From positions 800,001-864,000 of the forward strand of contig CAXXGI010000002.1 of the NCBI GenBank assembly GCA_963674695.2: DNA of 64,000 nucleotides, written 5' to 3'. The translations under genes were made by a program, and so were the position numbers. Numbering within the stretch: position 1 is the stretch's first letter; every line of letters starts with the position of its first letter. Below the pieces are notes generated by a model. That model made no database searches. It worked only from the letters and a program-made list of their open reading frames with translations, and was not told where the DNA came from. This document shows positions 39,681-48,685 of this stretch, in pieces. This DNA comes from a bacterium (GTDB taxonomy: Bacteria > UBA10199 > 2-02-FULL-44-16 > JAAZCA01).

Positions 39681-39990
39681 CTTGTTTATTTAAGAAATAA
39701 GTATTTTTCTGGATGATTCTAAAAACGGCCCTCATTTCAAGTGGTTGCCAGGGCAAGTTCTGTGTGCGTGATTGTCAAAAACCGCTGTAATCCCGTTGCT
39801 TTCCGTCATTCACTTAATCAATTAACCTATTCATATCTTCTGGGGAGAATATGTCAAACAATAATGTCGATTAGCGTAACAATATTAGCTGCATTCGGTG
39901 ATGGTCGTAAATGCATGATATTATACGACCTTTAAAAAATACCGTTTTCGATGGGGTAGTTTGGCGGTCGAAGAAATGAGGACACGCCAT

Positions 39991-40021
39991 AAAAAAACCC
40001 GGCGGGGTGGCCGCCGGGTTT
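39991..40021 (-). terminator. Intrinsic terminator
   Basis: AAAAAAACCCGGCGG ... CCGCCGGGTTT. Confidence 0.85.
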
Positions 40022-40044
40022 CATCCATCATTATAAACAATCGA

Positions 40045-40881
40045 TCAGAAGTGCCAGCCGAGCATACCCAGGAGCAGGAACTGCATCTTCATGCCGCCAG
40101 CGGTCACTTTCGTGTTGCGGGTCGTTCCGGCGGAGTCCGTCAGGTTGCGATAGAACGACTTCTGAAAGATGAAGTGTTCGGTCAAGTCGAGACCAACATA
40201 GAGTCCCTTCCAGATGAAGAATTCAACGCCGGCACCAACGCCGATGCCGCCGCCAACGGCGCCCACCTTGTTGTTGCCGTTGGGGGCGTTCACGAACAGT
40301 CCGTGGCCCACGCCGCCGAGTTTGGCATACGGGATGATCTTGAGGTTGTTCCACTGCCAGTTTGCACGCGTGAAGTAGGGGAGCGTGGCGCGACAGTAAA
40401 GGCCGAAGTCCAGGACGTGCTGACGCGCGTTTTCGACCGGGAACGTGCCGGCCGGGTAGGTGACGCCGTTATAGGTGGTTGCGGCAGCGGCATTTGCCGG
40501 GTCGCCCACCTGTGAGCTCGCCGTGGCATAGGTGATCTGCAACATCGGTCCGATCCAGTCGGCGATATCCCAACCGAAGGTGATGCCCATGGCCGGGTCG
40601 ATAGGTCCGTCAAACTTACGGCCCGTCACGCTGTGCCGATCGTTGGTGACCTGCATCATGCCGCCCGTGATGGTCAGATAGGGGCCCTTGTGCCAGCCCT
40701 TTTCCGGAAACTTCGGGTGATGCTTTTCGGACTTTTCGATGTCCTTCTGAACCTTCTCGACAGCCTGTTCCGATTTTGGCGTGGTGGACGTGCGGCGATA
40801 CTGCGACGAGATGGCCATCGCATTGCCGACAAAGGCCATCGAGACGACGACGATGACGGCGGTGAGCAGGATCTTTTTCAT
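40045..40881 (-). CDS. Outer-membrane beta-barrel protein
   Basis: AGGAG RBS, signal peptide AMA, GVGAGVEFF, C-terminal GWHF. Confidence 0.8.
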   Translation of the reverse strand: MKKILLTAVIVVVSMAFVGNAMAISSQYRRTSTTPKSEQAVEKVQKDIEKSEKHHPKFPEKGWHKGPYLTITGGMMQVTNDRHSVTGRKFDGPIDPAMGITFGWDIADWIGPMLQITYATASSQVGDPANAAAATTYNGVTYPAGTFPVENARQHVLDFGLYCRATLPYFTRANWQWNNLKIIPYAKLGGVGHGLFVNAPNGNNKVGAVGGGIGVGAGVEFFIWKGLYVGLDLTEHFIFQKSFYRNLTDSAGTTRNTKVTAGGMKMQFLLLGMLGWHF

Positions 40882-41132
40882 GGGGTTATCTCCTATGGGT
40901 TTCGGTGTGTAGGCTCCATCTATCAGGTTGGGCGGGGGTGTCAACCCCCTGAAATCTGGCCTCAATTCGGAATAAGAAAATATGGACAAACGCCCCTATA
41001 TCCGCTAATAGCCGCGACTCGATTCGATGGTGGCTGTAGCTTCCGATCTCGCATGATCTTTCCGCGGGACAGCGGAAAGTCATCAGCGAGATCGAGACCC
41101 GCCAACGGTTTTTGGCGGGCTGAGCGTAACAT

Positions 41133-41210
41133 GGTGGCTGTAGCTCAGTTGGTTAGAGCGCTAGGTTGTGGTCCTGGAAGTCGAGGGTTCGAGTCCCTTC
41201 AGCCACCCCA
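41133..41210 (+). tRNA. tRNA-His (GTG)
   Basis: G-1, acceptor GTGGCTG/CAGCCAC, CTAGG-TTGTGGT-CCTGG anticodon arm, encoded CCA. Confidence 0.98.
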
Positions 41211-41247
41211 AATAGAAAACGCCCCCTTTTGGGGGCGTTTTCTATTT
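41210..41247 (+). terminator. Terminator after tRNA-His
   Basis: AAATAGAAAACGCCCC / GGGGCGTTTTCTATTT. Confidence 0.9.
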
Positions 41248-41258
41248 GAGCTGGCCTT

Positions 41259-41389
41259 GGACTCGAACGTCCGCCAGAGGCGGACAGTTCGACGACCTTC
41301 CGAAGAGCCGCTCGCCGATTAGGCGAGCATTATAATGATGAAGTGTCGGCGAGTGCGTGCGCGAGCCGACGCCCCTTCAGCCACCCCAA
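41259..41389 (+). repeat. tRNA-linked repeat element, copy 2, ending in a 17-bp duplicate of the tRNA-His 3' end
   Basis: CCCTTCAGCCACCCCAA at 41195-41211 and 41373-41389. Confidence 0.85.
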
Positions 41390-41560
41390 GTGATAACTGG
41401 TAGAACCGCAGCATCATCCTAGTCGAAGACGGATGATGCTATAAAAATGGAAGTGAACCGCCAGGGGCGGGGAATATATGACCATATAGGTCAGAACGAA
41501 GTGACAACCCCTGTTCTGATTCAATCGGGACGGGGGTCTGCCGCATCTGGAGCCCGAAAG
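41382..41560 (+). repeat. att-like repeat, copy 1
   Basis: CACCCCAAGTGATAACTGGTAGAAC ... CCCTGTTCTGATTCAATCGGGACGGGGG ... GGAGCCCGAAA. Confidence 0.85.
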
Positions 41561-41607
41561 ATCTTGTTCGACTGGCACTTTCCGCTCCTTTATCAGGGTT
41601 TTTCTTA

Positions 41608-41634
41608 GCAATTATTTGGTGATTATGCTGATAC
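41608..41634 (+). promoter_or_regulatory. Putative sigma28-like promoter
   Basis: GCAATTATTT-N9-GCTGATAC. Confidence 0.5.
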
Positions 41635-41691
41635 ATGATAGAGACGAGCGGTCTCGGGGGCAGTGTCGGGTTGGAGGAAAGGGGAGTCAGT

Positions 41692-42693
41692 ATGCTTGCA
41701 GCTGGCCGAACAGTGTTCTCTCGGAGAGGGAGGCGCTTGCCGATGTGGTCGGCGTTTCCCGTAAGGAAATCCCAAGACGATCCTCCCGTGGGAAGCGCTC
41801 AGACGTACTATACCCAACAACTTCAAAACATTCATGATACCTACTGTTCAGCGGGAGTGTGTCGCTTGCCCCCGACGCCTGAAGGTTTGATGGCGTCTCG
41901 CGAGACGCGCCATGAGCTCCATCGGATTCTTGCGGGCATCCACGTCTTTTCAGGGAAGAAGGGTCAACGAGATACCGTCGTCAAAACATGTCCCATCATA
42001 GACGGTGCCAAGGCCATGTGTTATTCACACAGCCCTCTCAGTTACCGCGCGGCACGGAAAGTCCTCTTTGGAATGATCCATCTCAAGAAGGAGCCCGAAC
42101 CTGCGGAGCCCGGCAAGAGGTATTCCGTCAGAGATGTTTATTGTGAAAGGGATTATTATGAAAACATTGGGGTTGGTCCCGGAAAGTATCCCTCAAGCAA
42201 CGTGATCAATACCGAACATACCTGGCCACAGAGCCGTTTTCGTGTGTCCGGGGCGGACAAGTCATATCAGAAATCCGATCTTCACCATCTCTATCCAGCG
42301 AACAAGGAACGCAATTCCACGAGGGGCAATTACCCCTTTGGTGAGGTGGGAAGGATTGCTGAGAGGAAAAATCCAAGCTGCACCCTTTCAACGCTTGGGT
42401 ATCTCAGCGGTGGGGTCGAGCTTGGTTTTATGAATGGACAACGAATGAACGCTCTTTATTTTGAACCTCCCGACGCGCATAAGGGGAACGTGGCGAGGGC
42501 ACTCTTTTATTTTTCCGTCCGATATGAGTTGCCCATAGGAAACACCCAGGAACGCTTTCTTCGGAAATGGCATAAGGAGGATCCGGTCGATGGGGCGGAA
42601 AGAAGGAGAAATCAGATCATCTATGAAGCTCAGCACAACCGCAATCCCTTCATTGACACTCCCGAATTGGCCGACCTCATAGTTGATTTTTAG
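41692..42693 (+). CDS. Endonuclease I family (His-Me finger) nuclease; start uncertain
   Basis: NTEHTWPQS, SDLHHLYP, NSTRGNYPFG, KGNVARALFYF, RNPFID; no evident signal peptide. Confidence 0.9.
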   Translation: MLAAGRTVFSRRGRRLPMWSAFPVRKSQDDPPVGSAQTYYTQQLQNIHDTYCSAGVCRLPPTPEGLMASRETRHELHRILAGIHVFSGKKGQRDTVVKTCPIIDGAKAMCYSHSPLSYRAARKVLFGMIHLKKEPEPAEPGKRYSVRDVYCERDYYENIGVGPGKYPSSNVINTEHTWPQSRFRVSGADKSYQKSDLHHLYPANKERNSTRGNYPFGEVGRIAERKNPSCTLSTLGYLSGGVELGFMNGQRMNALYFEPPDAHKGNVARALFYFSVRYELPIGNTQERFLRKWHKEDPVDGAERRRNQIIYEAQHNRNPFIDTPELADLIVDF

Positions 42694-42772
42694 AGCCTGT
42701 AAAACAGATCGTGTAACGGCTTAACCTTTTTAAGTCCGGGGACACGACACTTCACTCGTTAGGGTTCCATGA

Positions 42773-43684
42773 GTGCCCTCTCTCGTCGTCGACGCCCGTG
42801 CGCGTCTCGCGTGGGGATCGACCGCCATCGAAGGATGCACGCTTTCACTGGAAGCCGTTGAGGGGTTGCTGGAGGGCAAGGAGGCGGTCGGCTATCCGGA
42901 TCGCCATGTTCGGATGGCTCAGAACTATCTCAAGGCGCTGGTGTGGTTGCAGAAAAAGGGAAAGACGTCCCGCATTGCGGAAAAGGATGTTTTCCGACTG
43001 CATACAATCGTCGCGGCCGACGTTGTGGACGAAGGACCCGTTGGCGCCTACCGGCGAGAATCCGTGAGTGCTGGACTGTATGTTGCACCACCCTGGAAAA
43101 AGGATCCGGAACTCATGGAAGCCATGCTTGGGTGGCTCAATGGCCCGGCGAAGGCATTGCCGGCGGTTATCTCCTCTTCACTGCTTCATTTACGCTTTGT
43201 CGAGATCCATCCCTTTCGCGACGGCAATGGTCGTGTCGCTCGAGCCTTGGCGACGTGGGAGCTCTATCGAAAGGGATTCGACACGCTGCACATCTTTGCC
43301 CTCGATGAGATCCTGATGGAAAATCGGGCGTTCTACATCAAAAGCCTGCAGCGGGTACAGGTCGAAGGGGAAGATCTGGGTGGGTGGCTGGAGTTTATGG
43401 CGGAGTCGATTCTGGAAACGCTCGTGCGTATCGAGCGCCGAATGCTGGCGATCGGTCCGGTGAGTCAGGAACCGCTGGCGTTATCGGTTCGGCAGGAGAA
43501 GCTTTTGAATCTGCTGCGCGAAAAAGGAAGCCTGCCTGTGAGCGAGATAGCCAAAGCGCTTAAGGTGACATCACCCGGTGCGCATCACATCATGAGGCCG
43601 CTTTTGGAGCGCGGTTTGATCGATCGCATCGGTTCGCATCGATCGACACGGTATGCCCTCCCCACGAAAAGATCGAAAGCCTAA
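42773..43684 (+). CDS. Fic family protein with C-terminal wHTH, probably 5'-truncated
   Basis: STAIEG, HPFRDGNGRVAR; GTG start without RBS only 15 residues before STAIEG. Confidence 0.85.
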   Translation: MPSLVVDARARLAWGSTAIEGCTLSLEAVEGLLEGKEAVGYPDRHVRMAQNYLKALVWLQKKGKTSRIAEKDVFRLHTIVAADVVDEGPVGAYRRESVSAGLYVAPPWKKDPELMEAMLGWLNGPAKALPAVISSSLLHLRFVEIHPFRDGNGRVARALATWELYRKGFDTLHIFALDEILMENRAFYIKSLQRVQVEGEDLGGWLEFMAESILETLVRIERRMLAIGPVSQEPLALSVRQEKLLNLLREKGSLPVSEIAKALKVTSPGAHHIMRPLLERGLIDRIGSHRSTRYALPTKRSKA

Positions 43685-43690
43685 AATCAG

Positions 43691-43849
43691 TTCGACGATT
43701 ATCACGCAAAGCACCCCAAGTGATAACTGGTCGAACCAAAGACGCCCCCAGAGCGAGTTGCGAGCTGGGGGCGTTTTTGTCCTGAGCGACGAGCGAAGCG
43801 AGGAGTCGAAGGACCCCCATTTATCAATCAGGACATGGGTTTCCAGTTT
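43691..43849 (+). repeat. att-like repeat, copy 2 (with REP-like inserts)
   Basis: TTCGACGATTATCACGCAAAGCACCCCAAGTGATAACTGGTCGAAC ... TCAATCAGGACATGGGTTTCCAGTTT. Confidence 0.85.
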
Positions 43850-43935
43850 ATAGGAACTACTCATCATTTGCTCCGTCGACAATTGACCGAAATTATTCCG
43901 TGACGTATGAGTTTCATTGGTGGGAGGTCTCACGA

Positions 43936-45156
43936 ATGACGATAGCCGAAGACAATCGAGCAGGTGGCACGCCGGAAAAGCCCTACAATCGAGGCCCGTT
44001 CAAGGGTCTGACGCCCAACGTCATCAAGTTGGGCATCGTGTCTTTCTTCGCCGACGTTTCGAGTGAGATGATTTATCCTCTAACGCCGATCTTTCTGACG
44101 ACCGTGCTCGGCGCGCCGATGGCCGTCGTCGGTCTCATCGAGGGTGTGGCGGAGGCGATCGCGAGCATCATGAAGACCGTCTCTGGCCGAATGTCAGATA
44201 GAACCGGCAGGCGAAGGCCATTTGTTTTCGTGGGCTATCTGCTCTCGGCGGTAGCGAAGCCTTTGATTGCGTTAGCGGGCGGATGGGCGCTGGTATTCGT
44301 CGCGCGCTTTGCGGACAGGTTCGGAAAGGGTTTGAGGACGAGTTCTCGCGATGCGCTCATTGCCGATTCAGTTGATGCGAAGACGAGGGGCCTCGCGTTC
44401 GGCTGGCACAGGGCGTTTGATACGATGGGCGCGGTTATTGGGCCGCTGCTCGCCATTCTCTGTGTCAAGTATGTAGAGAATTTGAGGTTTGTCTTTCTCT
44501 GGGCCCTTGTCCCCGGAATCATCGGTGCGCTCATCGTTCTCTTCGTGAAGGAGAGGCGAACCGCACTCGGTAGTGGTAATTCGACTTTTAAATTGAGTTC
44601 TCTGCCCACGCCATTTCGCAGGTATCTCGTCGCGTGGAGCGCATTTTCGATAGCAAATTCGAGCGATATATTTCTGATTCTCAAGGCCAAACAGGTTGGG
44701 TATTCAACTGCACTCGTCATCGCCGTATATGCGTTTTACAATTTGACGTATGCGCTCGCGAGCCCGTATCTTGGACATCTCTCGGACAAGATGGAACGAA
44801 AAAATCTTCTGGCGTTGGGGCTCATCGCCTTCGCCGCGGTCTATGTTGGGTTTGCCCTCGTTGTGCATCCGTGGCAAATGTGGGTTCTGTTCGGCATATA
44901 CGGCCTCTACATGGCAGCCACGGACGGTGTCAGCAAGGCCCTCGCGATCGACTTGGTTGAGGCGGAAGTCAGGGCGACGGCGGTAGGTGTAATGAGCACG
45001 TTCTCTGGTATCGCAGCTCTCATTGCAAGCACGGTGGCTGGGGTGCTCTGGAACGCCGTTGGTTCTTGGGCGGCCTTTGTCTATGGAGCGGTCGGCGCTA
45101 TCGTTGGCGCCATGATGCTTTTCAAGATTCCAAAAATTGTGAAGGCCTCTTGCTGA
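43936..45156 (+). CDS. MFS transporter
   Basis: GRMSDRTGRRR motif A, DRFGKGLR, RDALIAD, 12-TM pattern; GGGAGG RBS. Confidence 0.93.
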   Translation: MTIAEDNRAGGTPEKPYNRGPFKGLTPNVIKLGIVSFFADVSSEMIYPLTPIFLTTVLGAPMAVVGLIEGVAEAIASIMKTVSGRMSDRTGRRRPFVFVGYLLSAVAKPLIALAGGWALVFVARFADRFGKGLRTSSRDALIADSVDAKTRGLAFGWHRAFDTMGAVIGPLLAILCVKYVENLRFVFLWALVPGIIGALIVLFVKERRTALGSGNSTFKLSSLPTPFRRYLVAWSAFSIANSSDIFLILKAKQVGYSTALVIAVYAFYNLTYALASPYLGHLSDKMERKNLLALGLIAFAAVYVGFALVVHPWQMWVLFGIYGLYMAATDGVSKALAIDLVEAEVRATAVGVMSTFSGIAALIASTVAGVLWNAVGSWAAFVYGAVGAIVGAMMLFKIPKIVKASC

Positions 45157-45304
45157 TCGATGACCAAGTAAGCATCCGGGCCTTGTTGATATGACGGAAT
45201 TTCTGATGTGTATTTGTCCGCCATGAGGTCGACGGAGGCGGTCCGGAGGCGTTGAAGACCCTCGGAAGGCGTCCTGAAAAAGTTCCTGAAATCGTTGCAG
45301 AAGG

Positions 45305-45514
45305 GACCCCAAGTGACAACCGGTAGAACTGCCGAGAATCCCTTAGCGAGAAGCTTGAGCGACGAGCTTAGGGATTCCGGCATCCTGAGCGAGCCCTTCG
45401 ACTCCCTTTGGTCGCTCAGGGTAAACTCCGCGAGTCGAAGGACCCCATTCATGAATCAGGACAGGGGTTTCCAGTTTCTGGAGCCCGAAAGCCCGCGTCC
45501 GACGGGTGTTTTCC
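45305..45514 (+). repeat. att-like repeat, copy 3 (with REP-like inserts)
   Basis: ACCCCAAGTGACAACCGGTAGAAC ... AATCAGGACAGGGGTTTCCAGTTTCTGGAGCCCGAAAGCCCGCGTCCGACGGGTGTTTTCC. Confidence 0.85.
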
Positions 45515-45666
45515 ACGATAGCACCCAGGAAATTACGGTATTTCAATCGCTTGATCATGGTTCCAACATGCGATATCCAACGTTCGACCGCGGGAAACCA
45601 CGCGATGTGTCTCTGTTCTCCACAGAATCGAGAAGGGAGAGCATGCGAGCGTGAAATGAGGGTTCT

Positions 45667-46965
45667 ATGACGCGAATATGGTTCAGATCGTTTGTGGTCA
45701 TTGGGATGGTCGCAGTATGTGCGGGGGCATCGGGATGCCGCGGATGCACCAGTGGGGAATCACAGCGTGAATGGGCACAAAGCGCACTCAAAGCAGCTGA
45801 CGTGTCCATGGATGCGACGACCGTCGAGGCGAACAATGCCTTCGGGTTCGATCTTCTGCAGCGCGTCAGGGAAGACTCGACGGGGAATGTTATCTTCTCG
45901 CCCGTCAGCCTCTCCATTGCGCTGACGATGACGGCGGCGGGGGCGCAGGGGGGGACGCGGGATCAGATGCTCGAAGTCCTCCATCTGGGTCCCGATCTGG
46001 CGAAGGTCCAGGCAGAGTACCGAGCGCTACTCGCGCGGTGGGTGCTTTCCGAAAAGCCATATTTGCTGGAGGTGGCCAATCGCCTCTGGGTGGACCAGGG
46101 GTTTTCCCTCCTTCCTTCCTATCTCTCGCTGGTGGAAAACAATTTCGGTGCCGAACCGAAAACGCTGAACATCACCGGGAATCCCGAGGAGGCTCGCCGG
46201 GCGATCAACGCATGGACTAGTGAACAAACGCACGGTAGGATCGAGGATCTCATCCCGGCGGGGAATCTGAATGCCGATTCGCAGCTCGTTTTGACGAATG
46301 CCATCTATTTCTTCGGGGAATGGGCACGGAAGTTCGACCCGGACAGGACGAGAAACGAGGATTTCTATTTGGATGCTGCAAATCAAGTGAATGTTCCGTT
46401 TATGCACGAAACCAATCGCTATCGGTATGCCGAGACGGATGCATTTCAGCTGCTGGAGATGTCTTACAAGGGTGGGGATCTCTCGATGGTGATCCTTCTT
46501 CCGCGTGCGCGGGATGGGATCGCGGCTCTGGAGCGTGACCTTACGTCGATGTCGATCGAGCAACTTCTGGCGCAGGCGTCGATGAAAAAGGTCATCGTGA
46601 CACTCCCAAAATTTCGGATCGAAAAAGCATTCGGGCTAGAAGAGGTGCTTCGAAAGATGGGGATGGGTCTGGCGTTCAGCGGTGCCGCTGATTTCAGCGG
46701 GATGACGGGGGGCAGGGATCTGATGATCGGTTTCGTGAGACACAAGGCTTTCATCGATGTGAATGAGGATCGCACGGAGGCGGCCGCAGCGACCGCGGTA
46801 TCGATGATGCCGGCGGCTGCTCCTCCTCGACCGGAGCCGCCCATCGTCTTTCGTGCGGACCATTCATTTCTCTTTCTGATTCGCGACAGAACATCCGGGG
46901 CTATCCTCTTCCTCGGCCGCCTTGCAAATCCTCGGGGGGTGAAGGAAAAATTTCCAGGACACTAA
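45667..46965 (+). CDS. Serpin (exported, possibly lipoprotein)
   Basis: NVIFSPVS, INAWTSEQTHGRI, LTNAIYFFGEW, LPKF, TEAAAAT hinge, FRADHSFLFLIRD. Confidence 0.95.
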   Translation: MTRIWFRSFVVIGMVAVCAGASGCRGCTSGESQREWAQSALKAADVSMDATTVEANNAFGFDLLQRVREDSTGNVIFSPVSLSIALTMTAAGAQGGTRDQMLEVLHLGPDLAKVQAEYRALLARWVLSEKPYLLEVANRLWVDQGFSLLPSYLSLVENNFGAEPKTLNITGNPEEARRAINAWTSEQTHGRIEDLIPAGNLNADSQLVLTNAIYFFGEWARKFDPDRTRNEDFYLDAANQVNVPFMHETNRYRYAETDAFQLLEMSYKGGDLSMVILLPRARDGIAALERDLTSMSIEQLLAQASMKKVIVTLPKFRIEKAFGLEEVLRKMGMGLAFSGAADFSGMTGGRDLMIGFVRHKAFIDVNEDRTEAAAATAVSMMPAAAPPRPEPPIVFRADHSFLFLIRDRTSGAILFLGRLANPRGVKEKFPGH

Positions 46966-47049
46966 TAGTTCCGAGGACACGACGCTTGTTCTGATCTCCA
47001 GGGACATGAGACTTAATTTAGTGCTCATCTCGGTCGTCATCGAGATCGC

Positions 47050-47150
47050 CTGCCCTGAGCGAAGTCGAAGGGATCAACAGCCCAGTACACGGATCCAGGG
47101 ATATCAGCTTCCCTGAAGGCTGAGCTCTTCGGCAAGCTCAGGACGGGCAC
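47050..47150. repeat. REP doublet (CCTGAGC..GTCGAAGG family)
   Basis: GCCTGCCCTGAGCGAAGTCGAAGGG ... CTTCGGCAAGCTCAGGACGGGC; related units near 43780 and 45383. Confidence 0.65.
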
Positions 47151-47307
47151 TGTCGAATGGGGCGTACATTCTCGTCCGCGTCGTGAACCCCTGCATTTTC
47201 CTCAACCGATCACACACGAACGTCTGACGCTCCTGATCGAGAGTGCCGTTGAGCGCGGGTGGTACTTATCGATTGAACTATTCCAGCCAATAAGATAGAA
47301 TGGTTCC

Positions 47308-48501
47308 ATGAAAATAAAAAGGATGTATTTCAATAAGTTATATAAAGAATTGCGGGAACCGGAGATCTCCATTTTGCTCGGTGCGCGACAGGTGGGGAAA
47401 ACGACGTTGCTCGAACAACTCCATGCGAAGGTGACCAAAGCAGGGCTGAAATCGAAATATTTCAACCTCGAATCCTCGGAAGGGCTCATGGAACTTTCGG
47501 GCGATAATGCGGCGGTCATCAAAACGCTGATGGGAGCAGGGGATGTCGTTTTTATCGATGAATTCCACTATTTGAAAAATGCATCGAAGATTTTTAAAGA
47601 GATCTACGATTCGAAGAAAAAGGTGAAGATCTATGCCTCGGGTTCATCGTCGCTGGAAATCCATAAGCATTTGAAGGAGAGTCTTGCTGGACGTTTTCGA
47701 ACGACGATGATTTTTCCGCTGACACGTGAGGAGATGAGACAGTCCAAGATGGAGGTGCTGGATGTGTTTTTGAAGTGGGGTGGAATGCCTGGATTGTTGC
47801 ATCGGGCGAGCGACGACGACAAGATGGATCTGCTCAGCAATATCGTGAGCACGTACATCACGAAAGACGTCAAGGCGATGATTCGGGAGGAAAACGTACG
47901 AGCCTTTAACCAAATGCTCTATCTGCTTGCGCAGAATCAGGGCTCCCTCGTTGTGATGGCCAATATCGCGAACGCGACGGGAATAAGTCAAACGACCATC
48001 GCCGACTATCTCGAGATTATGTCACAGACGTATGTTTGCCATCCGGTGCATAGCTATTCGACGAATCTTGCTAATGAGCTAAAGAAATCAAAAAAATGTT
48101 ATTTGTTTGATGTGGGAATTCGCAACAGCCTTCTCAAGGATTTTGGAGAACCAGCCGAGCGAGGTGATCGGGGCGTTCTCCACGAAACGTTCGTGTATCT
48201 CAGCATGCTCCCTCAGCTCAAACCGAATATGGAAATACGGTTCTGGAGGACGAAGAAGGGGGATGAGGTTGACTTTGTTTTGATCAAGAACCGGGTTCCT
48301 GTGCCGGTCGAGGTGAAGTCGAGCGTAAAGGAAGCTTCCATTCCTTCCGGCATGCGGTCTTTTTTTCGAGCATATCCGAAGGCGCCGTTTGGCATCGTGT
48401 TTAGCGGTATTCCGGAGAAAACGGCTGACCATGAAGGAAAGCCTGTTTATTTTATGGGATGGGATCGGGCTGAGAATATCGAGTATTTGAATGATGTGTA
48501 A
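47308..48501 (+). CDS. AAA_14/DUF4143 ATPase
   Basis: GARQVGKTT, FIDEF, ASGSSS, ESLAGR, GGMP, FWRTKKGDEVDF, PVEVK; AT-richer codons. Confidence 0.92.
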   Translation: MKIKRMYFNKLYKELREPEISILLGARQVGKTTLLEQLHAKVTKAGLKSKYFNLESSEGLMELSGDNAAVIKTLMGAGDVVFIDEFHYLKNASKIFKEIYDSKKKVKIYASGSSSLEIHKHLKESLAGRFRTTMIFPLTREEMRQSKMEVLDVFLKWGGMPGLLHRASDDDKMDLLSNIVSTYITKDVKAMIREENVRAFNQMLYLLAQNQGSLVVMANIANATGISQTTIADYLEIMSQTYVCHPVHSYSTNLANELKKSKKCYLFDVGIRNSLLKDFGEPAERGDRGVLHETFVYLSMLPQLKPNMEIRFWRTKKGDEVDFVLIKNRVPVPVEVKSSVKEASIPSGMRSFFRAYPKAPFGIVFSGIPEKTADHEGKPVYFMGWDRAENIEYLNDV

Positions 48502-48505
48502 CAGA

Positions 48506-48685
48506 TTCGACGATTATCACGCAAAGCACCCCAAGTGACAACCGCAGAGCGGAGCACATGCGGAGCGCATATAATTGAAGTGACCCGCCGTAGGCGGGGA
48601 ACAAGGATCCTTGGAGGTCAGAATGAAATGACAACTGGTAGAACCCCTGTTCTGATTCAATCAGGACGGGGGTTTCCAGTTTTTG
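48506..48685 (+). repeat. att-like repeat, copy 4
   Basis: First 33 bp identical to 43691-43723; ends GACAACTGGTAGAACCCCTGTTCTGATTCAATCAGGACGGGGGTTTCCAG. Confidence 0.88.

Noticed and set aside
43850-43935. Riboswitch upstream of the MFS gene
   Set aside because: No match that I recognise to fluoride, ZTP, Mn or guanidine consensus motifs.
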